A program made the position numbers and the translations under genes. This document shows, in pieces, positions 48,436-57,378 of a stretch of DNA of 64,000 bases. The notes under the pieces are model-generated. The model ran no database searches, was not told where the DNA came from, and saw only the letters and a list, made by a program, of their open reading frames with translations. This DNA is from Candidatus Caldarchaeales archaeon (GTDB taxonomy: Archaea > Thermoproteota > Nitrososphaeria_A > Caldarchaeales > Wolframiiraptoraceae), in NCBI GenBank assembly GCA_039630055.1, contig JBCNVN010000001.1, positions 1 through 64,000 on the forward strand, written 5' to 3'. Each line of letters opens with the position of its first letter. The stretch's first letter is position 1.

Positions 48436-49549
48436 CTCCTGAAGCTAAGAATCTCTCTTTCAAATTCGAGAAATAGATTGCGAAGGGTCTGTAAGCTAAG
48501 TGGGACCACTTGGTGAAAGGCACTTCAAGTATCAAGAATGGTGCAACCACCATTAAGTGTATCGAGTAGGTTATGTACGTTGCCAGAGGTAGCTCGATGA
48601 GTCTAAAGATTCCGACGAGAATGCCTGTTACCGTTGTGATGAAGAGTAGGATTATAAACATCCAGTCTGTTGGATGAGAGTAGCTCCACATAGGTTGAGA
48701 TCTCTTAATCCTCCCATAGATAGCTACTGAGGAACCGTAGAGCAATGCTATTGTAGAGAATATGCCGAGGATACTTAGAGGATTGACTAGTAGGAACGGC
48801 TCATTCGTTTGAGTAAATCTAAGCAATGGGACGAATAGTATGAAAGCTGCAGCATATCCGTAGACTATGATCAAATGGTTTATCCAGTTGGATGCTCTAC
48901 ATAACCTAAACTTTATCTGTGTAAATAAGTGTACTGGAATAGTCTTAATGAAGTCTTTAATCATGAACCTTAAAGGTATCTTTATCCTTCTCTCATGATC
49001 ATCCCTCATAATATATCTATACATTCTGTAGAGATTTGTTAAAAGCAATGTTGCAAGTATGAATAAGACTGCTAATCCAGCTGTATCAACTATATGTATT
49101 GGTGCAAAAGTTTCAAGCTCGACACTATCTAATACTATTGGTCCATGTAAGAAATAGATTAATAAGCCCACTATCGCTGCTATAGCTGCCGTCGCTAATA
49201 TTTCTACTTTCTTTGAGTAGTATAGTAGTTTCGAGAGTCCAGTCCAGTCATACTTAGTTGTAAGATACCTTCTAAGAGCCATCATAAAGCCTCCCGGATC
49301 AGCATCTCTAGGGCAATATTCACTACACTCTCCACAGTAGTAGCATAGCCATGGTTCTGGGCTTGATAGAAGCCTGTCTTGGACACCCATCAATGCATAA
49401 CGGATTAGTTTTCTCGGATAATTTGCACGTCCTTCACCAGTGACAGGGCATATAGCAGTACACTGACCACAGTTAAAACATTTAGAGAGACCTTTTGCTC
49501 CCAGTCTAATTATTTCTCTTGTTGTTTGAGGCACAACTAGACTTATCAT
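48419..49549 (-). CDS. qmoC: QmoC-like protein (HdrC-type 2x[4Fe-4S] domain fused to membrane cytochrome b domain)
   Basis: CFNCGQCTAICP, WLCYYCGECSEYCPR, several TM helices with His (NHLII, IHLMVV, KWSHLAYRP). Confidence 0.85.
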   Translation of the reverse strand: MISLVVPQTTREIIRLGAKGLSKCFNCGQCTAICPVTGEGRANYPRKLIRYALMGVQDRLLSSPEPWLCYYCGECSEYCPRDADPGGFMMALRRYLTTKYDWTGLSKLLYYSKKVEILATAAIAAIVGLLIYFLHGPIVLDSVELETFAPIHIVDTAGLAVLFILATLLLTNLYRMYRYIMRDDHERRIKIPLRFMIKDFIKTIPVHLFTQIKFRLCRASNWINHLIIVYGYAAAFILFVPLLRFTQTNEPFLLVNPLSILGIFSTIALLYGSSVAIYGRIKRSQPMWSYSHPTDWMFIILLFITTVTGILVGIFRLIELPLATYITYSIHLMVVAPFLILEVPFTKWSHLAYRPFAIYFSNLKERFLASGGGALA

Positions 49550-49597
49550 ATTTCCGATAGAAGGAAAAAGAAAAAGTTTATTAAGTTTTCTTAAGAA

Positions 49598-49671
49598 AAA
49601 ATATACTATTACTACTATATATACCTCCTAATCGGTTAAGGAATATATTCTAAACTAATGAAGTATATACT
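49598..49671. promoter_or_regulatory. Cluster of ATAT-core palindromic boxes upstream of the qmoC-like operon
   Basis: AGTATATACT (49662), GAATATATTC (49641), TATATATACC (49616), AAAATATACT (49598). Confidence 0.6.
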
Positions 49672-50743
49672 AACAGATTCTTGGAACTATCTCACCTATT
49701 GGTGGTTCAAGGATCCTATATCCACCTACACTCGTCCTGACCACTACTAGACTCATATCCTCTCTAGGTCTCACATCGCCTATTATCTGTGCCTCGACAT
49801 ATCCTACAGAATGTATTTGTTCAAGTACCTCTTCAGCTATTTCTCCTTCTACACCTATGACAGCTACTCCTTCAGATGCTAGTGTAAGAGGGTCTAATCC
49901 AAGCATCCCACAATAATTCTTAACAGACTCTCTTATTGGAATCTTCTCTTCATCGATAACTATAGTGGTATTAGAGGCTGAAGCCCAGTTGTTTAGAGTC
50001 ATTGCTAACCCTCCCCTAGTGGGATCACTAGCGGCATGGATGTTTTCACGGTGTCTTCTAGTAATAGGGATCATCAAGTCTGTTAGAGGTTTAACATCAC
50101 TTACAAGCTGAGATTCTTCAAGCATAACCTTCTCTCTAGCAGCATATATCGCTACACCATGCTCAGCTATAGGTCCTGAAACTATTATCTTATCTCCAGG
50201 TCTTAGATTCTTATCGATTATTAATTGTTCTGCAATACCTATACCAGCCATTGTAATGATTATCTTATCCAGCTGCCCTCTAGGCATGACTTTAAAATCT
50301 CCACCTATCAACTTAACATCCATACTCTTAAGTACAGTGAACATCGAATCTAAGATCTTCTGTAAAACTTCTTCTTCAAACCCTTCCTCAACTATTATAG
50401 AATCTAGGACAGCTATCGGCATCCCTCCAAGCATTAGTAGATCGTTTATTGTTCCAGTGGCTGAGAGTTTTCCAATATCTCCCCCTGGAAAGAATATTGG
50501 GCTAACCGTATAGGCATCCGCTGTTATTATAAGATATCTTCCTCCACCCATAGGTATTGCTGCAGCATCATCTGGAAAATCTATCCCTATCCCGCCTTCT
50601 ACAAACTTCATCCAAGATGGCACCCTTCCGAAGATCAAATCTTCAAGTAGCCGGCTCATCTCTCTACCACCAGAGCCATGTGCAAGAGTTATCTTACCCA
50701 TCTCCACACACCTATCTCTCCAAACCTCTCCAATACTTAACAA
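49670..50743 (-). CDS. hypE: Hydrogenase maturation protein HypE (true start probably MGKITLAHG)
   Basis: LAHGSGG, FFPGGDIG, GGDFKV, DPTRGG, C-terminal PRIC. Confidence 0.96.
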   Translation of the reverse strand: MLSIGEVWRDRCVEMGKITLAHGSGGREMSRLLEDLIFGRVPSWMKFVEGGIGIDFPDDAAAIPMGGGRYLIITADAYTVSPIFFPGGDIGKLSATGTINDLLMLGGMPIAVLDSIIVEEGFEEEVLQKILDSMFTVLKSMDVKLIGGDFKVMPRGQLDKIIITMAGIGIAEQLIIDKNLRPGDKIIVSGPIAEHGVAIYAAREKVMLEESQLVSDVKPLTDLMIPITRRHRENIHAASDPTRGGLAMTLNNWASASNTTIVIDEEKIPIRESVKNYCGMLGLDPLTLASEGVAVIGVEGEIAEEVLEQIHSVGYVEAQIIGDVRPREDMSLVVVRTSVGGYRILEPPIGEIVPRIC

Positions 50744-51005
50744 TTTTATCCATCTCTTTTAATTCTTCTATGGAGAGTTCACCTTCTTCAACAAGCTTCT
50801 CAGAAATCTCCTTGATATATTTGAAGCTTTCAAGAAAGTCTTCTTCACTAAGCTTTGAGATAACTATTCCTGCATGGACGATTACGTAATCTCCGGGAGA
50901 TAACTCATCTACCGCTGAGAATACTTCTCTCGTAACCCCTCCAAAATCTACTTTAACATTCTTTTCAGATACTTCTACCACCTTCCCATATACTCCCCAA
51001 CACAT
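50712..51005 (-). CDS. hypC: Hydrogenase maturation chaperone HypC
   Basis: N-terminal MC, VDFGGV, GDYVIVHAG. Confidence 0.93.
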   Translation of the reverse strand: MCWGVYGKVVEVSEKNVKVDFGGVTREVFSAVDELSPGDYVIVHAGIVISKLSEEDFLESFKYIKEISEKLVEEGELSIEELKEMDKIVKYWRGLER

Positions 51006-52174
51006 TACCTAACCACCTTTAATCCACGGTATCTAGCCCATATAGAGCATGTTCCCTCTAAGCTCACCATGCATGGTCCATAAGGAGTATCTAGGGTACA
51101 CTTAGTCAAGAAGAGAGGACAGTCTACAGGTTTTATCCTTCCCAAGATTACCTCCCCACATCTACATCCTGCCGATAGGTCGTGGGTCCACTCACTCTCC
51201 GAAGGTTCTTTGAAACCGTAGAGGCTTAATCCATCTAGTTCAAGATACTCTTTTCTCAGCTTATATCCACTTGATGGGATGAACCCTATACCTCTCCAAG
51301 CTGCATCACATACGTCAAAGACTTGACCGATCATCTTTTTCGCAAAAGTATTACCCTCCCAACTTACAGCTCTAGTATACTCGATCACTACCTCCGACCT
51401 ACCCTCATCTATCTGTCTAAGTATCTCCGCTATCGATATGAGGACATCTATCGGCTCGAATCCTGAGACCACTGTCGGAATACCATGCTCTTCAGATAGC
51501 TTCTTCCAAGCTTCTCCCCCTATAATTGTTGATACATGTCCAGGAGCGATGATCCCATCTACTCCACCCACTTTCTTTATAGCATAATCGGCTGCAGGTG
51601 GAGTTAACCTACCTGCAACTATAAAACTGAACCCTTTAGGTATAGAGTTCTTTATGATCATTGAGGCGTAGACTGGATATGTAGTCTCAAAACCTATTGC
51701 TAGAAATACTGATTCTCTCCCATCGCTTCTAGCATCTTTAACAGCATCGAGAAGGCTGTAAACTATCGAGACGTCTCCACCAGCTGACCTAGCCTCCGCA
51801 AGACTCTTAACTCCTTCAGTAATCCTGACTGTGGGAAGCCTATAGGCATCACCGTATGTATAAACTCTTATCCCTTCGAGGGCGAGCTTGATCGCTGCCT
51901 CGATATAGAATGATGGAGTTATGCAGACTGGACAGCCTGGGCCTGCTACCAACTCTATACCTTCAGGTAGAATGCTCCTCAGTCCATAGTGAGTCGTGGC
52001 CCACTCATGGGTTCCACAGAAGTTCATTATCTTTACCCTATCAATCCCATTACGTTTAATATTATTCCATAATGTATCTATAATTTTGACTATCTTTGAG
52101 GATAATTCCCGATTACTTCTAAAGATTTTATCGGTAGCCGTTCTTAGGTCTGACCACTCCAACATTATCAACAT
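51005..52174 (-). CDS. hypD: Hydrogenase maturation protein HypD
   Basis: CGTHE, GPGCPVC, GFETT, PGHVS, GPCMVSLEGTC. Confidence 0.97.
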   Translation of the reverse strand: MLIMLEWSDLRTATDKIFRSNRELSSKIVKIIDTLWNNIKRNGIDRVKIMNFCGTHEWATTHYGLRSILPEGIELVAGPGCPVCITPSFYIEAAIKLALEGIRVYTYGDAYRLPTVRITEGVKSLAEARSAGGDVSIVYSLLDAVKDARSDGRESVFLAIGFETTYPVYASMIIKNSIPKGFSFIVAGRLTPPAADYAIKKVGGVDGIIAPGHVSTIIGGEAWKKLSEEHGIPTVVSGFEPIDVLISIAEILRQIDEGRSEVVIEYTRAVSWEGNTFAKKMIGQVFDVCDAAWRGIGFIPSSGYKLRKEYLELDGLSLYGFKEPSESEWTHDLSAGCRCGEVILGRIKPVDCPLFLTKCTLDTPYGPCMVSLEGTCSIWARYRGLKVVR

Positions 52175-52315
52175 GTTTATACAGACTTAAAAACCTAGCA
52201 CTCTTCTAACATTTTTAGTAAGAAGATCGCTTCCGCTAGTCTAGGGATTCAACGTTATCAATCTTCATGATTCGATGTAGGATGTCTTGTATCTGAGGAT
52301 CTTCTGAATTTATCT

Positions 52316-54307
52316 CTATGCGATTGCCTCTACCTTTACTACACGTCTTGGAATTATAGATTCTATCTCACTAAGTATCTGTTTGTCTGTAAACCCTCTC
52401 TGCCTCAGCGTTCTCGCTCCAGATGGACATGATGCTACACAGGTTCCACACCCTTGGCATAATGCTTCTTGAATGAGTGTGGTCTTACTCTGAACATCAT
52501 ATACGGCTGCTCCATATGGGCAAACCGATACACACATCCTACAACCTGAACATGTATTCCTATTAACCTCAGCTATTATCGGCTCTACTTCTATCACACC
52601 CGAGCTTAGTAGCGCTAACGCTTCAGATGCGGCCGCAGCTCCCTGGGCCACAGAATCAGGTATATCTTTAGGCCCTTGACATGCTCCTGCTACGAATACT
52701 CCTGTTGTCACAGTTGAGACGGGGGCTAGCTTTGGATGCTTCTCTAGGAAGAACCCATCTTTATCGAGTGGTACTCTGAATAACTTGGCAAGCTCTCTCG
52801 CATCCTTTCTAGGCTCTATAGCTGTAGCGAGAACCACCATATCTGCCTCAATGTTTTGGACTCTACCGAGTAGAGTATCTTCAAATGTTACTGTCAGCTT
52901 TCCATCTCCATTATCTACAACTTCAGCAGCCTTACCTCTAATGAAGATCACACCTTCTTCTTGAACCTTCCTATAAAATTCTTCATACCCTTTCCCATGT
53001 GCTCTGATATCTATGTATAGATTGTATACGGTAGAGTTTGGTAGTCTTTCTTTAATTAAGTGGGCGAGCTTGATAGCGTACATACAGCAGATTCTTGAGC
53101 AATATATGTGATAATTCTCATCTCTAGATCCAACACAATGTAAGATTACTATCGTTGAAGGAGTTCTACCATCTCTCATAACAATCTTTCCACCTGTTGG
53201 ACCTGATGCACTTGTGAGTCTCTCAACTTCTAGACCTGTATAGACATTTGTGTACCGCCCATATCCATATCTTTTTATTATCGTTGGGTCAAAGAGATCA
53301 TATCCAGTAGCAAGAATAATTGCTCCAACCTCCAGAATTACTTCTTCAGGTTTCTGTTCAAAGTTTATCGCCTTAGTAGGACAGAATCTCTCACAGACTC
53401 TACATATTCCCTTAGTGAAATATAAACAATGCTTTCTATCGATAGTATATTTTCTCGGTACTGCCTGAGGGAATTTTATGTATATTGCTTTCCTAAAGTT
53501 TAATCCCATATTAAATTCATCTGGAACTTTGGATGGGCATTTAGTAGCGCAAACTCCGCATCCTACACACTTGCTCTCATCAACGTATCTAGGCTTCTTG
53601 ACAACCTTGACCTTATAGTTTCCAACATGTCCTGATACTTCTTTTACTTCAGAGTAGGTAAATAAAACGATGTTCGGGTTGGATGCTAAATCAACCATCT
53701 TCGGGGTCAAGATGCATGCTGCACAATCCAATGTTGGGAATGTCTTTTCTAACTGTGCCATCCTACCTCCTATCGATGGTTCTTTCTCCACTAAGTAGAC
53801 TTTCTTACCAGCTTTAGCTATCTTTAAGGCTGTCTCTATACCTGTTATTCCCCCTCCGACGATTAATACAGATTGTTTTACTGGGAGATAGATCTTATTG
53901 AGCGGTTCATGGAATTTAACCCTGTTTACTGCTGCAGAGACTAGAAGCTTAGCTTTTTCTGTAGCTTTATCTACATTGTCTGTAACCCAAGATACTTGCT
54001 CACGGATATTCACCATCTGGAACATGTAAGGATTTAAGCCACCCTCTTCACAGACTCTCTGAAACGTCGCTCCATGCATAGTGGGAGAACAAGAAGCTAC
54101 GACAACATTCGTAAGATTGTAATCCTTGATGTCTTTCTTTATTAGCTCCTGGCCTGGATCAGAACACATATATGGATAGTTTCGTGCTATGACTACTCCA
54201 TCCAGATCTTTAACATACTCTCTTAGTTTCTCAACATCTACCATTGAGGCTATATTAAGACCACAATGGCATATGTATACCCCAATCCTCCTAACCATTA
54301 ACATCAC
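52316..54307 (-). CDS. hdrA: Heterodisulfide reductase subunit A, full length
   Basis: CHCG, GGGITG, FPTLDC, CVGSRD, CSRICCMYAIK, both ferredoxin domains. Confidence 0.95.
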   Translation of the reverse strand: MMLMVRRIGVYICHCGLNIASMVDVEKLREYVKDLDGVVIARNYPYMCSDPGQELIKKDIKDYNLTNVVVASCSPTMHGATFQRVCEEGGLNPYMFQMVNIREQVSWVTDNVDKATEKAKLLVSAAVNRVKFHEPLNKIYLPVKQSVLIVGGGITGIETALKIAKAGKKVYLVEKEPSIGGRMAQLEKTFPTLDCAACILTPKMVDLASNPNIVLFTYSEVKEVSGHVGNYKVKVVKKPRYVDESKCVGCGVCATKCPSKVPDEFNMGLNFRKAIYIKFPQAVPRKYTIDRKHCLYFTKGICRVCERFCPTKAINFEQKPEEVILEVGAIILATGYDLFDPTIIKRYGYGRYTNVYTGLEVERLTSASGPTGGKIVMRDGRTPSTIVILHCVGSRDENYHIYCSRICCMYAIKLAHLIKERLPNSTVYNLYIDIRAHGKGYEEFYRKVQEEGVIFIRGKAAEVVDNGDGKLTVTFEDTLLGRVQNIEADMVVLATAIEPRKDARELAKLFRVPLDKDGFFLEKHPKLAPVSTVTTGVFVAGACQGPKDIPDSVAQGAAAASEALALLSSGVIEVEPIIAEVNRNTCSGCRMCVSVCPYGAAVYDVQSKTTLIQEALCQGCGTCVASCPSGARTLRQRGFTDKQILSEIESIIPRRVVKVEAIA

Positions 54308-55217
54308 CTTTTATAGTAGTGGTTAAAACTATCTTCTTGCCGAGATTCTCTAACATATCCTTGCTGACTCCGAGCTCATGGAACGGAAGATTAAAAGACA
54401 ATCCAATTAGTTGAGTGAAATAGACTATCTGAATATTAGAGATATCTTTAACTTCTCTCTTCATCTTGATCTTAGCTATCTCTAAGTTTAAATGACATAG
54501 TGGGCATGCTGTAACGATACATTCTGTACCGAGCCGGATATATGATTCAAATATTTTCTTGATCATTGGTAATACTTTCTCTTCATTTGTCATCATCAGC
54601 ATTCCTCCACAGCACTTTGTTTTTAAAGGAGAATCGATAGGTTTACCACCTATCCATGAGATCATCCGTTCTATAGAGTTGGGAAATTCTGGGTCATCGA
54701 AGTATCCGTATGGTCTAGTTATCTGACATCCATAATACGGTGCGACTTTCAATCCATCCAACCCTTTAACAATACTCATCTTAAAGAGTTCTTCTCCTAC
54801 ATCATTTACTAGAAAATCTATTATGTGACGTACTTTAAGCTTTGATGATTCTGAATTGTTGAAGACATTATACTTTTTCTTAATCTCATTTAAGAGTTCC
54901 ATGTTTTCTGATATTTCGGTTAAAGTTCTTTTTAGTGATAGAAAGCATGCTGGACAGAGAACAAGGATTTCGGGGACACCCATCTCTAATGCTTTTGCCA
55001 GATTTCTAGCTCCTAGAAAGTATGCTCTCTTCTCATTTAATATTCTATAAAGATTTGATCCACAACAGTTCCAATCTTTTATCTCTGATACCTGTACACC
55101 TATCTTCTTGAGTAATGCGAGGGTAGACTTCCCATAATATCTTGCTATTCCATTTTTAGAACATGAGCAGCCCGGATAATAACTGACGTTTTTAGTTAGC
55201 TTACTATTCATAACCAC
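54291..55217 (-). CDS. hdrB: Heterodisulfide reductase subunit B
   Basis: Two CCG domains: YPGC/WNCCG/CPAC and YYGC/KCCGG/CPLC. Confidence 0.93.
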   Translation of the reverse strand: MVMNSKLTKNVSYYPGCSCSKNGIARYYGKSTLALLKKIGVQVSEIKDWNCCGSNLYRILNEKRAYFLGARNLAKALEMGVPEILVLCPACFLSLKRTLTEISENMELLNEIKKKYNVFNNSESSKLKVRHIIDFLVNDVGEELFKMSIVKGLDGLKVAPYYGCQITRPYGYFDDPEFPNSIERMISWIGGKPIDSPLKTKCCGGMLMMTNEEKVLPMIKKIFESYIRLGTECIVTACPLCHLNLEIAKIKMKREVKDISNIQIVYFTQLIGLSFNLPFHELGVSKDMLENLGKKIVLTTTIKGDVNG

Positions 55218-55224
55218 ACCTCAG

Positions 55225-55737
55225 CTATGCTCTAATCTCTTCAAGATTTTCTAATTTTTCAGGAGATAGAGAGAGGACCCCTTCACGTAGTAATCTGGCT
55301 GATAGAGGTAACATCTTTAAAAGCTTCAGAGGGTTTGTTCTTAGTGAGAAAGTTATCATAAGCCTAGTCTCAGATATCCTACCATACTTATCCACCAAGT
55401 CTACGTATGTCTTCATAAGCTTCGGATAGGTCAATCCATCAGAATATCCATTCTCCAATGCATATCTTTTCAGTGACGTCATAAACTCTCCAATATTTAT
55501 CTTGGCTGGACAGCGTACAGCGCAGAGATAGCATGTTGAACATAACCATAACGTATTGCTTTTTAAAGCTTCTTCGACCAACCCCTCTCTAATCAATACG
55601 ATCAATTGTCTAGGAGTATAATTCATATATTGGTTAAGTGGGCATGAGGCAGAACAGGTCCCACATTGTATACATTTCTCAATTACTGTCCGAATATACT
55701 TACTATCTTTTATAAGATGAATAGTTTGAGAGTTCAA
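55225..55737 (-). CDS. hdrC: Heterodisulfide reductase subunit C
   Basis: CIQCGTCSASCP and WLCSTCYLCAVRCP. Confidence 0.93.
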   Translation of the reverse strand: MNSQTIHLIKDSKYIRTVIEKCIQCGTCSASCPLNQYMNYTPRQLIVLIREGLVEEALKSNTLWLCSTCYLCAVRCPAKINIGEFMTSLKRYALENGYSDGLTYPKLMKTYVDLVDKYGRISETRLMITFSLRTNPLKLLKMLPLSARLLREGVLSLSPEKLENLEEIRA

Positions 55738-55741
55738 GTTC

Positions 55742-56095
55742 TCACCTAATATTATCTTCTAATTCTGACGATTTTCCACTTAGCTTCATGGTCCATTCTA
55801 ATGCATAATCTTCTCCCATTTTGTTTGCTGCAATTATTATCAAACTACTCTCAATTTCTAAAATATCTTTGGATAATTGGGATAGTGTTTTATAGTACTC
55901 AACGAGATTATCTTCTCCATCTAGATGATATTTACAATGATTTATCAGAGATTTGCAACATGTAAAAGCTGTCACTATTCTTTCTGGTACATATACATCT
56001 CTTTTCTTTAAATCGATGATAAGTTCTGCTAAAGACTTCCATTTATCTTCAATCTTGACGAGAGCCATTCTTCCATCTATGTTTTTACCTATCAT
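55742..56095 (-). CDS. Small helical protein resembling the DUF2096 N-terminal domain; first gene of the hdrCBA operon
   Basis: W..LAELIIDLKKR.V.VP and LEIESSLII...GEDYALEW..KL pattern; family assignment from memory. Confidence 0.55.
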   Translation of the reverse strand: MIGKNIDGRMALVKIEDKWKSLAELIIDLKKRDVYVPERIVTAFTCCKSLINHCKYHLDGEDNLVEYYKTLSQLSKDILEIESSLIIIAANKMGEDYALEWTMKLSGKSSELEDNIR

Positions 56096-56125
56096 CCCCT
56101 CTCAGTAATAATTTATAATTCTAAA

Positions 56126-56216
56126 TGTATATAGTTTATGTATAAAATGTTAATTCAGTATATACTTTATTTGTAATGTAAGTATATACTAAATTCGAGC
56201 TCTGCAAGTATATCCG
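56126..56216. promoter_or_regulatory. Tandem AGTATATACT palindromes in the divergent promoter region between the hdr operon and the AbrB-PhoU regulator
   Basis: Perfect copies at 56157 and 56181; variants TGTATATAGT (56126) and AGTATATCCG (56207). Confidence 0.7.
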
Positions 56217-56252
56217 TTTATAATTGTAATAACAATAATTCTTAAATATTAA

Positions 56253-57362
56253 ATGGTATATATTCTATCTGTGATAGTAAGGAGATTGCAGAAAGTTGGA
56301 CATAATACGCTATCTGTTACATTGCCGAATCAATGGATTAAGGAGATGGGGTTAAAAAAGGGTGATGCAATAGTCTTTACTTTTGAGAATGATGGTTCTA
56401 TAAGACTTAAACCGAGCTCGCTAACTGAGAGAGAGAAACAGAAGAAGGAAACAATAATATACTCAGACCAGTGTAAAGACCCCTCCTTACTTGAGAGGTT
56501 AATCGTTAGTAATTATATTCTTGGACAAGATATTATAAGGATAGTCTCTTCGACCTCTCTTAGGGCGAGCTATCTTGAAACCATAAAGGGAACTGTAGGC
56601 AAGCTGATCGGTGTTGCAATAATAGAAGAGACTCCTCTCCAAGTATTACTTCAATGTGTTATCAATCCATCATCCTTTCCATTACAGGTTCTTATTAGAA
56701 GACTTTACATTATAGTATCAACTATGCATAAAGAGCTGTCTGATGCCTTAAAAGAACTCAATTTAGACCTATCTAGACAGATAATCTTGAGAGAGCCTGA
56801 AGCTGATAAGATTCACTTACTGATTTCGCGTCTCCTAACCGTAGCACAAGAGAATAAAGAAATATCTTCAGTTATAGGTATCGAAGATGTTAAAGATATA
56901 ATTCAGTATAGAATTGTATCGATGAATCTAGAGAGGATTGCCGACTGGATAGAGAGCATGTCTAGGTATATTGAGTATCTTGAGCCTAATAGAAAACTCA
57001 TAGGTGAAGAAGCATTAAATTATCTATTTGATATGAGTAACCTATCACATACACTATGTTTCAATGCGATAAGCTCATTATTCTCAGGAGATCTAGAAGA
57101 AGCAAATAATGCTATTCAAAGTTATAAAGAAACTTTTCAAGATAGAGACTCGAAGATTATGCATAAATTGGCTGAGTATATTCAATGTATGCCGTGTGGA
57201 CCATTGATAGGTGTAATAGCTTTTGGCCTAATAAGGGTGGCTGAACTCGGGTCAGAGATAGCTGAACTTGCAATAAACAAGGGAATAAGAAAACCTTCTA
57301 AATATTCAGAAATCCTAGTAGAAGATGAGGTGCTGAAAAAACTCTACTCAATAGAATCTTAA
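56253..57362 (+). CDS. AbrB-PhoU fusion transcriptional regulator
   Basis: [19 protein letters not shown] AbrB domain; PhoU repeats ([24 protein letters not shown]). Confidence 0.9.
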   Translation: MVYILSVIVRRLQKVGHNTLSVTLPNQWIKEMGLKKGDAIVFTFENDGSIRLKPSSLTEREKQKKETIIYSDQCKDPSLLERLIVSNYILGQDIIRIVSSTSLRASYLETIKGTVGKLIGVAIIEETPLQVLLQCVINPSSFPLQVLIRRLYIIVSTMHKELSDALKELNLDLSRQIILREPEADKIHLLISRLLTVAQENKEISSVIGIEDVKDIIQYRIVSMNLERIADWIESMSRYIEYLEPNRKLIGEEALNYLFDMSNLSHTLCFNAISSLFSGDLEEANNAIQSYKETFQDRDSKIMHKLAEYIQCMPCGPLIGVIAFGLIRVAELGSEIAELAINKGIRKPSKYSEILVEDEVLKKLYSIES

Positions 57363-57378
57363 TACCCTAAGATAACAA

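Noticed and set aside
44757-54307. Selenocysteine recoding in mvhD or hdrA
   Set aside because: All expected ligand positions are Cys and the ORFs have no in-frame TGA
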